Shown here in pieces: positions 1 through 8,910 of a stretch of 64,000 nt of DNA; within the stretch, counting starts at the first letter, position 1; each line of letters opens with the position of its first letter. The stretch spans positions 382,422-446,421 of the forward strand of contig JAXLXR010000002.1 of the NCBI GenBank assembly GCA_046327815.1, written 5' to 3'. Source of the DNA: Candidatus Eiseniibacteriota bacterium (lineage in GTDB: Bacteria > Eisenbacteria > RBG-16-71-46). Both the position numbers and the translations under genes were made by a program. The notes under the pieces were generated by a model. That model was not told the DNA's origin and made no database searches. It saw only the letters and a list, made by a program, of their open reading frames with translations.

Positions 1-465
1 GAGACGACCCGCCTGATCAATCCCGAGCTGTTGATCTACCGAACGGAGGTCGGCAAGACCTACGTCTCGGGCGACGCAGTGCAGCTTGCACTTCCGGTGC
101 GCAGCGCCCTCGTGAAGAAGACTCGCACCAAGGCGGGTGATTGGTTCTTCCGATTCTCCGCCTCACGGGAGGACCTTCGCGTCGACCAGCGAACCGGTGC
201 GTGGAGCCCGGGCACGTATGGAACCACCCGGACCGATCGACCTCTCTCGCCGTCGGGATTCGCTGCCGTCGGTCGCTATGCACTACCCAACGACCAACCC
301 GCGTCTCACGTCTACGCGATCTCCCCGCCCGCCGGCACTCCCATTCACATCGGAACAGTTGCCCCTGCCTACGGCCAGGCAGGAGGAGGCGTCGAGATCT
401 TCTTCCCGGAGGGCGCGGCGCACGCGGGTGAAGTCGTGGCGAGGTCGGAGCTGCCCGACGAGTGA
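1..465 (+). CDS. hypothetical protein, C-terminal fragment (gene starts upstream of the window)
   Basis: Frame 1 is open from nt 1 to the TGA at 463-465. GC3-rich codon usage. No recognisable domain. Confidence 0.35.
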   Translation, partial: ETTRLINPELLIYRTEVGKTYVSGDAVQLALPVRSALVKKTRTKAGDWFFRFSASREDLRVDQRTGAWSPGTYGTTRTDRPLSPSGFAAVGRYALPNDQPASHVYAISPPAGTPIHIGTVAPAYGQAGGGVEIFFPEGAAHAGEVVARSELPDE

Positions 466-777
466 CGACTCCCGCCGAATGAGTCGCCTGTCGCGCAGGG
501 CACGGGGCAGCGGCGGCAGATTGCTCGCGCGTCGCTCGTCGTCGCCCGCGACCGGCACCCGCCTCGGGAAGAACTGTCGGAATCCCGACGGCCAGTCGCA
601 GAGACTCGCCACGGGCGTGTCGCAGCGCCTGTCCCGGCGCAGATTTTCGCGGCAAAGCGAGATTCCTGCGCTAGGCTCCCGATCCAGCTCGCCTTCCGCC
701 CCCGCCGAGGGACGAGTGCTTGCGGTCCGCCCTGTCTTCACTCGTCGGCCGATCTGGCCCCTCGCCGGAGGCGTCTC

Positions 778-1272
778 GTGATGCTCGGTACTCGCGCGTG
801 GTGTTTCGGTGCACTCGTCACCGCGACCGTTGCGGCGTTCGCGCCGCCGTCGCTCGCCCAGTCCCCGCCGGTCGCGCAGGTCGTGTCCATCGGCGTCGTT
901 CCCGTCGCGCCGGCGGATGCCGGCGCAGACGCACGCGCGCTCGCCGACGAACTCGCGCGCTGCACGGTCCGTGCGCGCGCCGACGTGCGCGCACTGCAGT
1001 CGCGCCACGACGCCACGTCGTTCGCACCGTTGCGCGACGCGTTCCAGCAGCGCATCGAGGCGGTGAAACGCCAGGAGCGGCTCGACCTGCTCGACATTCG
1101 CCTGCGCCACGCGCAGGCCTCGGGTCGCGCCGACGAAGCGCGCGAACTCGCGGCCGCGATCGACGCCGCGCGCCGGCTGCCCGCGCCCGCGCTGCGCGAG
1201 TTCCCCGCCGAACCCCCGGCACCGCCCGCGGCCGCCGCTCCGCTGCGCGTGCGGAAGGAGGCGGGCCGATGA
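778..1272 (+). CDS. hypothetical secreted protein with a signal peptide
   Basis: The N-terminus MMLGTRAWCFGALVTATVAAFAPPSLAQ looks like a Sec signal. The stop overlaps the next gene's ATG (ATGA at 1269-1272), suggesting translational coupling. Possible starts are GTG 778 or ATG 781. Confidence 0.5.
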   Translation: MMLGTRAWCFGALVTATVAAFAPPSLAQSPPVAQVVSIGVVPVAPADAGADARALADELARCTVRARADVRALQSRHDATSFAPLRDAFQQRIEAVKRQERLDLLDIRLRHAQASGRADEARELAAAIDAARRLPAPALREFPAEPPAPPAAAAPLRVRKEAGR

Positions 1273-3857
1273 AGCGTCATGCCGAAGTATTCGCCGCCGC
1301 ATGCCTGTGCTCGTTCGCGCTCGCCACGCCGGTGCGCGCGCTGCCCGACTACCTGCCCTTCGCGCTGCCGGGCTGGTCCACGCCGCTCGTGGTACGCACC
1401 ACCGGCGACGCCACCACGGGCAGCGCGGTCAACTCGCCCGCGCTCACGGGCGGCGGGTCGAGCTGGTTCAGCGCCGCGATCGCGAACACCGGCGCGACCG
1501 CCGGGCTCGCGGGCTCGCTGGCCGCGGTGCAGGTGGACGGCTCCACCTACCTGACCTTCACCGTGCCGGCGCTCTCGACGGGCACGGCGGCGGTGGGAAT
1601 GAACCAGTCCGTGGTGGTCGAAGGCGGCCTGCACACCGTGAGCGCCATCGCGGACGCGACGGGCCTCGTGGGCGAATCGAACGAAGCGAACAACGTCCAC
1701 GCTCGCCAGCTCGCGTTCACCCCGGTGAACCTGTCGGTCGGCACACAGGCCACGCGCAACGCGCCCCCGGAGCCGGCCGGCGGAACCGCCGCGGTGTCCG
1801 GTGCCGTGTATCCCAACATGGACGGCGTGCGCCTGCCTGCGGATGCGCAGCCGTGGGACGCCGTCGCGATGCGGCCGCCGTCGGGCAGCGACTACGACCT
1901 CTATTTCTACGACGCGACGACGGGAACCGGGAACGGCTTCCGCACGCCGACCATGCAGTCGCTGTTCGGCGCCGGCGCCACCGACTTCGTGCTCAACAAC
2001 GGCAACTTCGTCGGCGCCCCGGCTCACGACGTGGGCGTGCTGTACTACGACGGCCCACTGCAGTCGTACGGCATCGAGCACCGTAACGGCGCACTCACGC
2101 TGTCGCGCCCGACGCAGTTGGCCAACGTGCCGCTCGCCGCGGAGCAGATGTTGTGGGTGGCGCAGTACCAGCACATTCCCAGCTTCACCGTGCCGCGTGT
2201 CCTGTTCCGGCTGGCGTCGGCGCCGGGCACGGTGCTGCACGTGGCGCTGTTCGATCCCGCCGCCGGACCGCTCTATGCGCGCAACAACGCCTCGGCGCAG
2301 GTGGCCACGGACGCGACGGGCAAGGCGCAGCTGGACATCGCGCTGCCGACTTCCGGTTCGAACCTCTACTACGGGATCGTCGTGTTCCGTGACCAGTTCG
2401 ACGGCGGTACGGCCGCGACGACGTTCCACCTCGACGTGATCGCGACGCCGGCGGACCTCGCGAACGACCAGCGCCTCGGCTGGACCCCGCCCATCAACGC
2501 CACGAATCACGGCGCCGACCTCTCGAACCTGCCCACCGCACTCGACGGCAACACGCCGAACACCACCGTGAGCTGGTACCTGGGGAACTACGGCTACCAG
2601 CCTGCCGTGAACGTCGAACGGCGGGTCTCGCTCGACGGCGTGCAGATCTCGTCCGCGCGTTCCACCATGGCCCCCTTCGACACCCTGAGCAGCTACCTGC
2701 CCGGGGTCACCGTGCGCGGCGGCCGACACACGCTCTCGTACACGCTCGATCCGTCGAACGAGATCGACGAGATCCAGGAGACGAACAACACCTACGGCAA
2801 GCAGTTCGTGTGGTCGCCGCTCGCGATGTCGCCGGGCACCCCGCTGGTCCGGCCGATGCCGCCCGAGCCGACCGGCGGGCACGACGCGATCCCGGTGTCC
2901 GTGCCGCGCTACGCGAACGTGGACGGCCTGCGTGTCGCGTTCGCGCCCCAGGACGCGCTGCTCGTGACCGCGCTCTCGCCGGCCGCGGGCACCGACGTGG
3001 ATCTCGAGTGGTTCCCGCTGTCCACCGGGCCCGACGACGGCTTCACCACGCCGCTCGTCAGTTCGACGCGCGTGGCGGGACTCACGGACCTGCTGGTGGA
3101 CTGCCCCTCGCTCGGCCAGTCACGGCAGTACGACATCGGGGCGGTGCGCTACAGCGGGCCCAACCTCTCGTACACGATCCAGAGCCTGCTCGGGGGGATG
3201 GCGAACCTCGGCGCGACCCACAACCTCGGGCCCGGCAGCATCCCGGCAGGGTCCATCGTGTACGCGCGCTGGTTCCCGGCGCAGACTCCCAGCCCCACGG
3301 TGATCGCGCTCGAGAACATCTCGGGCGACGCCGACCTCGGGCTGTCGGTGTTCGCGTTCACGCCGGCCGGGCTCGCCAACATGAGCGGTTGCCTGCCCGG
3401 CGGCTACGCCGATTCCGGGGGCCCGGGGCGCGGCGAAGTCGCCACCGTCGGCGGTATCGCCGCGTTCGACGAGGTGGCGGTGGTCGTGTGGAAGGCGGGC
3501 GATGCCGACATCCCCAGGTCCGCGAACTTCAAGGTGTGGGTGAATCCCGTCTTCACCGATGCCGGCGACGTGCTGCCGCAGGAGCTGGCGTTCGCCCTCA
3601 CGAGCGACAACCCCGCGCACGGCGACGCGCACCTGCGATTCGCGCTGCCGACGGCTCGCGACGTGACCGTGGACCTGCTCGACGTGTCGGGCCGCCGCGT
3701 GCGTACCCTGGCGAGCGGTCGTTACGAGGCCGGTGCCCACGTGCTCGCGTGGGACGGCCGTGACGACCAGGGCCGCGCGCTCGCGAACGGCGCGTACTTC
3801 GCGCGCTTCGTGAGCCACGGGGAGCGGCGCAACGTGCGGGTCGTGCTGTTGCGGTGA
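1269..3857 (+). CDS. large secreted protein with two internal homologous repeats and a C-terminal Por/T9SS-type (FlgD-Ig-like) sorting domain
   Basis: Signal peptide MKRHAEVFAAACLCSFALATPVRA. Two roughly 380-aa repeats are marked by ...EANNVHARQLAFTP... and ...ETNNTYGKQFVWSP.... The last ~75 aa (DVTVDLLDVSGRRVRTLASG...WDGRDDQGRALANGAYFARF...VRVVLL) matches the T9SS CTD / FlgD-Ig pattern (YDV.GR.V..L..G..AG.H...WDG........GVYFARL). Confidence 0.7.
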   Translation: MKRHAEVFAAACLCSFALATPVRALPDYLPFALPGWSTPLVVRTTGDATTGSAVNSPALTGGGSSWFSAAIANTGATAGLAGSLAAVQVDGSTYLTFTVPALSTGTAAVGMNQSVVVEGGLHTVSAIADATGLVGESNEANNVHARQLAFTPVNLSVGTQATRNAPPEPAGGTAAVSGAVYPNMDGVRLPADAQPWDAVAMRPPSGSDYDLYFYDATTGTGNGFRTPTMQSLFGAGATDFVLNNGNFVGAPAHDVGVLYYDGPLQSYGIEHRNGALTLSRPTQLANVPLAAEQMLWVAQYQHIPSFTVPRVLFRLASAPGTVLHVALFDPAAGPLYARNNASAQVATDATGKAQLDIALPTSGSNLYYGIVVFRDQFDGGTAATTFHLDVIATPADLANDQRLGWTPPINATNHGADLSNLPTALDGNTPNTTVSWYLGNYGYQPAVNVERRVSLDGVQISSARSTMAPFDTLSSYLPGVTVRGGRHTLSYTLDPSNEIDEIQETNNTYGKQFVWSPLAMSPGTPLVRPMPPEPTGGHDAIPVSVPRYANVDGLRVAFAPQDALLVTALSPAAGTDVDLEWFPLSTGPDDGFTTPLVSSTRVAGLTDLLVDCPSLGQSRQYDIGAVRYSGPNLSYTIQSLLGGMANLGATHNLGPGSIPAGSIVYARWFPAQTPSPTVIALENISGDADLGLSVFAFTPAGLANMSGCLPGGYADSGGPGRGEVATVGGIAAFDEVAVVVWKAGDADIPRSANFKVWVNPVFTDAGDVLPQELAFALTSDNPAHGDAHLRFALPTARDVTVDLLDVSGRRVRTLASGRYEAGAHVLAWDGRDDQGRALANGAYFARFVSHGERRNVRVVLLR

Positions 3858-4031
3858 CGCGTCCCGCGGCGCGGCCGCACGACGCTCGGGCGGAAGGGAC
3901 ACCAAGGTCATGCGACTTTCGGAGCCCTTCCGCCCTCTCGCTCGCGGGGAGAAATTGGTGTCGCCCGCGATGCACGCCGGGCGCCGCCCCACGCGCGGCC
4001 TGTCGCGTCTGCGAGAGAGGTCGGACCTCCC

Positions 4032-5015
4032 ATGAACCCTCCCTTCCGTTCCGCCCGGCGCCTGACGGCTGCCGTTCTTGCGGCCCTGCTGGTCACCTGT
4101 GGCCTGGTCGCGAGCGTTCACCCGAGCTTCGCGCAGGAGCCGCCCCTCGCGGGGTGGTGGGGACGCTGCGGCACCTGGGACGGCGATTTCACCATGCTCA
4201 CGGACATCGCCGTGGATTCGCACGGGAACGTCTTCGTGATCGACGAGACCGCGAATCGCGTCCAGAAGTTCAGCAGCACGAGCACGTTCCTGGGGACGTG
4301 GGGCGGCTACGGCGAGGCCGACGGGCTGTTCTACTTCCCGAAGCAGGTCACGATCGCTCCCGACGGCAACGTGTTCGTGAGCTGCCAGCACGGCCTCCAG
4401 AAGTTCTCCCCGGACGGCGTGTTCCTTTCGCGCTGGGACACGTGGGGACCGAATCACTGGTCGTTCTACAATCCATTCGGTCCGGTCTTCGATGCCCAGG
4501 GCAACATGTACGTGCTGAACTCGGGCACGAGCCAGGTGCTGAAGTTCGATCCCGAGGGCCGCTATCTCACCAGCTGGGGGGCCGAGGGTTCCGGACCCGG
4601 GCAACTCCGCTGGCCGAGGTGCATCGCGATCGACCGCCTGGGTGATCTGTACGTGGTCGACAACGGCAATCACCGCATCGTGAAGTTCTCCACGGCGGGT
4701 CAGTACCTGCTGAGCTGGGGCAGCGCGGGCACCGGGCCGGGGCAGTTCGACCAGCCCTACGATGTGGCCATCGACGACGCCGGTGTCGTCTACGTACCCG
4801 ACCTGTACCTCGGGCGAGTCGCGACCTTCGATCGCTTCGGCAACTATCGGGGCGACTTCGGAACGGGTTTCCAGGGACCGATCACCGTGGCGCCCGGGCC
4901 CGACGGCACGCTGTTCGTGGGAGATGCCGGCCTCTGCCGAATCTGGGCTTACGGCGGCGCGCCCGTACCGGCGAGACGTTCGACGTGGGGGGCACTCAAA
5001 CTCTGTCATCGCTGA
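4032..5015 (+). CDS. NHL-repeat (six-bladed beta-propeller) secreted protein
   Basis: Signal peptide, then repeated NHL-type motifs (GNVFVIDETANRVQKF, GNMYVLNSGTSQVLKFD, GDLYVVDNGNHRIVKF, GVVYVPDLYLGRVATFD). RBS GGAGAGAGG lies upstream of the ATG at 4032. Confidence 0.8.
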   Translation: MNPPFRSARRLTAAVLAALLVTCGLVASVHPSFAQEPPLAGWWGRCGTWDGDFTMLTDIAVDSHGNVFVIDETANRVQKFSSTSTFLGTWGGYGEADGLFYFPKQVTIAPDGNVFVSCQHGLQKFSPDGVFLSRWDTWGPNHWSFYNPFGPVFDAQGNMYVLNSGTSQVLKFDPEGRYLTSWGAEGSGPGQLRWPRCIAIDRLGDLYVVDNGNHRIVKFSTAGQYLLSWGSAGTGPGQFDQPYDVAIDDAGVVYVPDLYLGRVATFDRFGNYRGDFGTGFQGPITVAPGPDGTLFVGDAGLCRIWAYGGAPVPARRSTWGALKLCHR

Positions 5016-5207
5016 GCGGGAGCGCGAGTACATGCGGTCGCGGGCCGTCGGGTCGCGATTCTGCGCGGCCGTGAGCGCCCCGGCCGATCACGCTTGCACG
5101 GCCGTCACGCCCGGACTTACGGTTCGCCCGGGCGAGGCAGCCGAGGACCTTGCCGAGAGTCGACCGGGGAGATCGCCCGCGTTCGCGGACGAGGAAGGCC
5201 GAGAATC

Positions 5208-7553
5208 ATGAATCCCCGTTGCATGTCGCGGCGCCTGTTCGTCGCCTGCGCGCTGCTGCTGGCCGTGAGTGTCGCCGGCTGTTCCCGGACCAAGGTGTTC
5301 TCGTGGTTGCCCGTGCAGGTGAACCAGCGCCCGAGCGTGGAGCTGACCAGTGCGCCGGCGAGCGAAACCGACACCGCGTACTACGCCTACGAGATGCACT
5401 GGACGGGCAGCGATCCCGACGGCGCGGTGGACCACTTCGAGTACGCGATCGATCCCGTCGCGGGCAGCGCGCCCGAGACCGCGTGGGTGGTCTCGCGCAT
5501 GCCGCAGGCGAAGATCCACTTCCGGGTCTGGCAGCCGGACACCACGCGCGCCGGCGCGCGCGTGATCGCGCCGCACACGTTCGTGATCCGCGCGCTGGAT
5601 GCGGCCGGGCTGGCGTCGCCGGTCGTGTCGCGCTCGTTCTACTCGTACACCGTCGCGCCCTCGGTGCGCATCACGAGTCCGCGCCCGAGCGTGTCGTCGT
5701 CGCTGCAGTCCGGCCCGGCCATGCGCGTGCACTGGGAAGGCGAGGACGTGGACGGTGTCTTCTCGCAGCGGCCCGTGCGCTACAAGTACCGGCTCATCCG
5801 GGCGAACGATCCCGAGTTCCCCGCGGGCGACGTGATCACCGATCCGCAGCGCGCGTGGCGGTATTTCTCGGGCACGAACTTCGCGGGCTGGGATTCGACC
5901 GGCGCCGATTCCGCGTTCGCCGACCTGCGCGGCCTGGTGCCGGCCGAGTCGCCCTACGTATTCGCGGTGGTCGCGCAGGACGAGGCCGGGGCATGGAGCC
6001 CCGACTGGAGCATGCAGACCAACCTGCTGCGGTTCATCGCGGAGTTGTCGGGCAACGCTTCGCCACGGCTCGCGGTCGTCAGTCCGTTCGTGCAGTACGC
6101 GCAGGCCCGGGGCGGGATCGATCCCACCGATGTGGCGAGCTGGCTGCCCATCGACGTGCCCGGGGACCAGCCGTTGGCGTTCGACTGGTGGGCCACGCCC
6201 ACGCTCGGCAACGACATCGTCGGATACCGCTGGCGGGTGGACGGCGAGTTCGCCGACGAAACGCCGCGCACGGACGAACGCACCGACTGGTCGCACTGGA
6301 GCCGCTGGAGCACGACCGCGACGGCGACCATCGGGCCGTTCGTCGGCGGCAGCTCGCACAAGCTCTACCTCGAGGCCAAGGACAACTTCGGTTCGATCGG
6401 GCTGCTGGTGGCGGACCTGCACGTGGTCGCCATGTCGCTCGCGCGCGACCTGCTGGTGGTGAACGACACGCGGCTCGAGCTCGACTCGTACAACTCGAAC
6501 GGGACCCGTCGCAACTACACGACCGCGTGGCCCGCGGTGGCCGAGCTCGACACGTTCCTCTGCGCCGTCGGCGGGTTCACGTGGCGCGGCACGGCTGCGG
6601 GCCGTGCGGGGCTGTCGCCACCCGGGCTGCTGTCGGGATACGCGTTCGACACGGTCGGCACCCGCTTCGGCCTCGAGGCGCCCACGCAGGCGCTGACGCT
6701 CGCGCGGCTCGGCCGCTACCGGCACGTGCTGTGGCTCGCGGACGTCACCGCGGCGCAGGCGAACGCGTTGCCCACGGCGATCGTCAACGGCATCAGCACG
6801 CTGCGCTACATGTGCGCGCCGGGCCACACCAACGTGCTCGCGAGCTACGCCGCGGCGGGAGGGCAGGTGTGGCTGGCGGGCGGCGGCGCCGCCTACTGCT
6901 CGCTCGTGGACTACAACGCCGTCGGCGTCCGGGCGAACGACAACATCTACGGCATCGGGTACACGGTGTTCTCGAACGGGGCCGGGGAGTTGCTCGAGGG
7001 CCGGCCGATGTTCGACCTGGCGCACTGGCGCAGTGAACTGGTCACGCAGTACGTGGTCACCAGCGTACGCCGGTCGCCGCGGGCCGTCGGCGGCTGGTCG
7101 CACGCGGGCTACCACGGCGAGCCGCTCACCGCACCCGACTACGCGCAGATGCCGGCCACGTTGCGGCGGCGCGCGCTCGCGCTCGGCGACACGCTGCCAC
7201 CCACGCGCGCCACGAGCCAGTCGACGACATTCTTCACTTCGGGAGCGTTCGGGGTGGAATACCTCACGCAGCCGAACGAAGTGCACGAGGACGTCACGCC
7301 GGATCCGGTCGTCGTGAACGAGCTCGCGACGCTCGACACGCTGTACGAGCTGTCGGGCGGTTCGCTCGCCACGCTCATCACGCAGCAGCGCCCGGCCGTC
7401 ATGACCTACTACCACGGCGTCGAATCGCCGCGGTTCGTGTTCTCGGGGCTGCCGCTCTGGGAATGGACGCGCGCCGACTGCGCCGGGCTGGTGGATTTCG
7501 TGCTGCAGCGCATCTGGGGCATGCAGCGAACGACGGCGGTGAGGGGGCGCTGA
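5208..7553 (+). CDS. hypothetical lipoprotein (781 aa)
   Basis: The N-terminus MNPRCMSRRLFVACALLLAVSVAGC has a lipobox-like LAVSVAGC. Long GC3-rich ORF. No domain recognised. Confidence 0.6.
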   Translation: MNPRCMSRRLFVACALLLAVSVAGCSRTKVFSWLPVQVNQRPSVELTSAPASETDTAYYAYEMHWTGSDPDGAVDHFEYAIDPVAGSAPETAWVVSRMPQAKIHFRVWQPDTTRAGARVIAPHTFVIRALDAAGLASPVVSRSFYSYTVAPSVRITSPRPSVSSSLQSGPAMRVHWEGEDVDGVFSQRPVRYKYRLIRANDPEFPAGDVITDPQRAWRYFSGTNFAGWDSTGADSAFADLRGLVPAESPYVFAVVAQDEAGAWSPDWSMQTNLLRFIAELSGNASPRLAVVSPFVQYAQARGGIDPTDVASWLPIDVPGDQPLAFDWWATPTLGNDIVGYRWRVDGEFADETPRTDERTDWSHWSRWSTTATATIGPFVGGSSHKLYLEAKDNFGSIGLLVADLHVVAMSLARDLLVVNDTRLELDSYNSNGTRRNYTTAWPAVAELDTFLCAVGGFTWRGTAAGRAGLSPPGLLSGYAFDTVGTRFGLEAPTQALTLARLGRYRHVLWLADVTAAQANALPTAIVNGISTLRYMCAPGHTNVLASYAAAGGQVWLAGGGAAYCSLVDYNAVGVRANDNIYGIGYTVFSNGAGELLEGRPMFDLAHWRSELVTQYVVTSVRRSPRAVGGWSHAGYHGEPLTAPDYAQMPATLRRRALALGDTLPPTRATSQSTTFFTSGAFGVEYLTQPNEVHEDVTPDPVVVNELATLDTLYELSGGSLATLITQQRPAVMTYYHGVESPRFVFSGLPLWEWTRADCAGLVDFVLQRIWGMQRTTAVRGR

Positions 7554-7578
7554 GCCGCCGTCGCAGCCGCCGCGACAC

Positions 7579-8760
7579 TCAGCCGAACACGCCGTCCGCG
7601 TAGCGGCCGTCGCGCATGAGCGCGAACGGCGTGCCGTCGTCGAGCAGCAGGTCCACCGCGCGCGGCAGCACGCGCGGCTGCAGTTCGGGCAGGTACACGC
7701 GGTCCATGTGCACGACCGCGTCGGGGCGCGAGAAGTCGTGCGCCCCGACGCGGCCGCCGAAGTGGTCGCTGCGCCCGAACGCCACGTGCAGGCCGAGCTT
7801 CTCGTCGAGCAGGATTTCGCCCACGGGCTTCACGCCGAGGTCGGCGAGCACGCCCAGGCCGAGCTCGGCGATGTTGCCGTAGGCGGGTTCGCGTTCGAGC
7901 CAGGCCGCGTGCTCGGCGGCCGCGGCGCCCTCGCCGCTCACGCGCACGGCGCGGTTGCCCTCGATGTGGAACCGCACCAGTTCGGCGCCGAACTGCACGG
8001 GCAGGGTGCCGTGCGTGCCGCTCGGGTCGTTCGCGTGCTCACCTTCGTACGGCACGAGGTAGGCCTCGCCCGAGGGCACGTTGCCCGCGGTCCCCGGCGT
8101 GTCCACCACGCCGTCGGACGCATGTGCGCCGCGATGGCGCAGGTCGAGCACCAGCGTGAGCGGCTCGCGCGCGTCCACGACGAACTCGAGCGTGGCGCTC
8201 GTCGCGCGATCGAGCAGGGCGGTCAGTCGCCGCACGCGGCGGCGCACTTCGCCGTAGTCGAGCCGCAGCGCCGGGATCATGGACTCCGCGAACCCGGGCA
8301 TGGTCGCGGCGCGGAACCCGAGCGTGCGCGCGAGCAGCTTGAGAGGCGCCGTGGTCGAGAGCTCGGTGGGTGCGATCACCAGCGAATGCCGCGCGAGCAC
8401 ATCGGTCGTCGGCTCGGCGTCCGTGGTCGCGAGCGCGTCGGCGTGCGCCGGGAGCGCCGCCGGTTCCAACGGCACGAGCGTGCCGGGCAGGTCGGCGTTG
8501 TTGGTCCGCACGTTGCGGTAGGCAAACAGTCGCGCGTCCATGCCGAGTTCGGCGCGAACGCCGGCCAGCTGCGCGGCCCACTCGGCCGCCATGGCGCGGC
8601 GGGCCGCCCAGTGCGGGTGGTCCGGGCGGGCGTCGTCCGGAAGGTCCACGAGGATCGCCAGCGTCCGGTCGTCCGGGCGCGGCACGAAGACGCGGCGCAC
8701 GAGCTGCAGCAGTTCGGGTGTGTCGAGTCGGGCGGAGTGCATGGCGACAACATAGCCCAC
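7579..8760 (-). CDS. aminopeptidase, M29 (AmpS/PepS)-like metalloprotease (tentative family call)
   Basis: 393-aa ORF with C-terminal motifs (GLHVAFGRSDHFGG, EPAYGNIAELGLG) reminiscent of thermophilic M29 aminopeptidases. The start is GTG 8760 or ATG 8742. Confidence 0.55.
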   Translation of the reverse strand: MGYVVAMHSARLDTPELLQLVRRVFVPRPDDRTLAILVDLPDDARPDHPHWAARRAMAAEWAAQLAGVRAELGMDARLFAYRNVRTNNADLPGTLVPLEPAALPAHADALATTDAEPTTDVLARHSLVIAPTELSTTAPLKLLARTLGFRAATMPGFAESMIPALRLDYGEVRRRVRRLTALLDRATSATLEFVVDAREPLTLVLDLRHRGAHASDGVVDTPGTAGNVPSGEAYLVPYEGEHANDPSGTHGTLPVQFGAELVRFHIEGNRAVRVSGEGAAAAEHAAWLEREPAYGNIAELGLGVLADLGVKPVGEILLDEKLGLHVAFGRSDHFGGRVGAHDFSRPDAVVHMDRVYLPELQPRVLPRAVDLLLDDGTPFALMRDGRYADGVFG

Positions 8761-8910
8761 ACGGCCGCCGGCGCCATGCCGCGACGCGGCGCCCCCCGGG
8801 AGAAGCCCCGTGGCGACTTGTCCGTATCTTCGCGTCGCGAGCCTGCGCTACCATGCGGGTCCCTTCGGAGTGCGCCGTTCCGAGCCGCCGCGCCCACGGA
8901 CAGAACACCC

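Noticed and set aside
17-1302. Track ORFs on the minus strand (17-655, 283-1302) and similar long antisense ORFs throughout (for example 738-2882, 3120-5033, 5088-7415, 8848-12144, 16953-19859 upstream part, 20010-23348, 23260-25617, 29012-31159, 32259-35609 as a single ORF, 39022-42693 as a single ORF)
   Set aside because: At about 70% GC, stop codons are rare in all frames. These ORFs overlap well-supported genes with domain content, they are Arg/Ala/Gly/Pro-rich with low-complexity composition, and they lack RBS or start context. Where a long track ORF contained real genes (for example 32259-35609 and 39022-42693), I split it at verified internal ATG starts.
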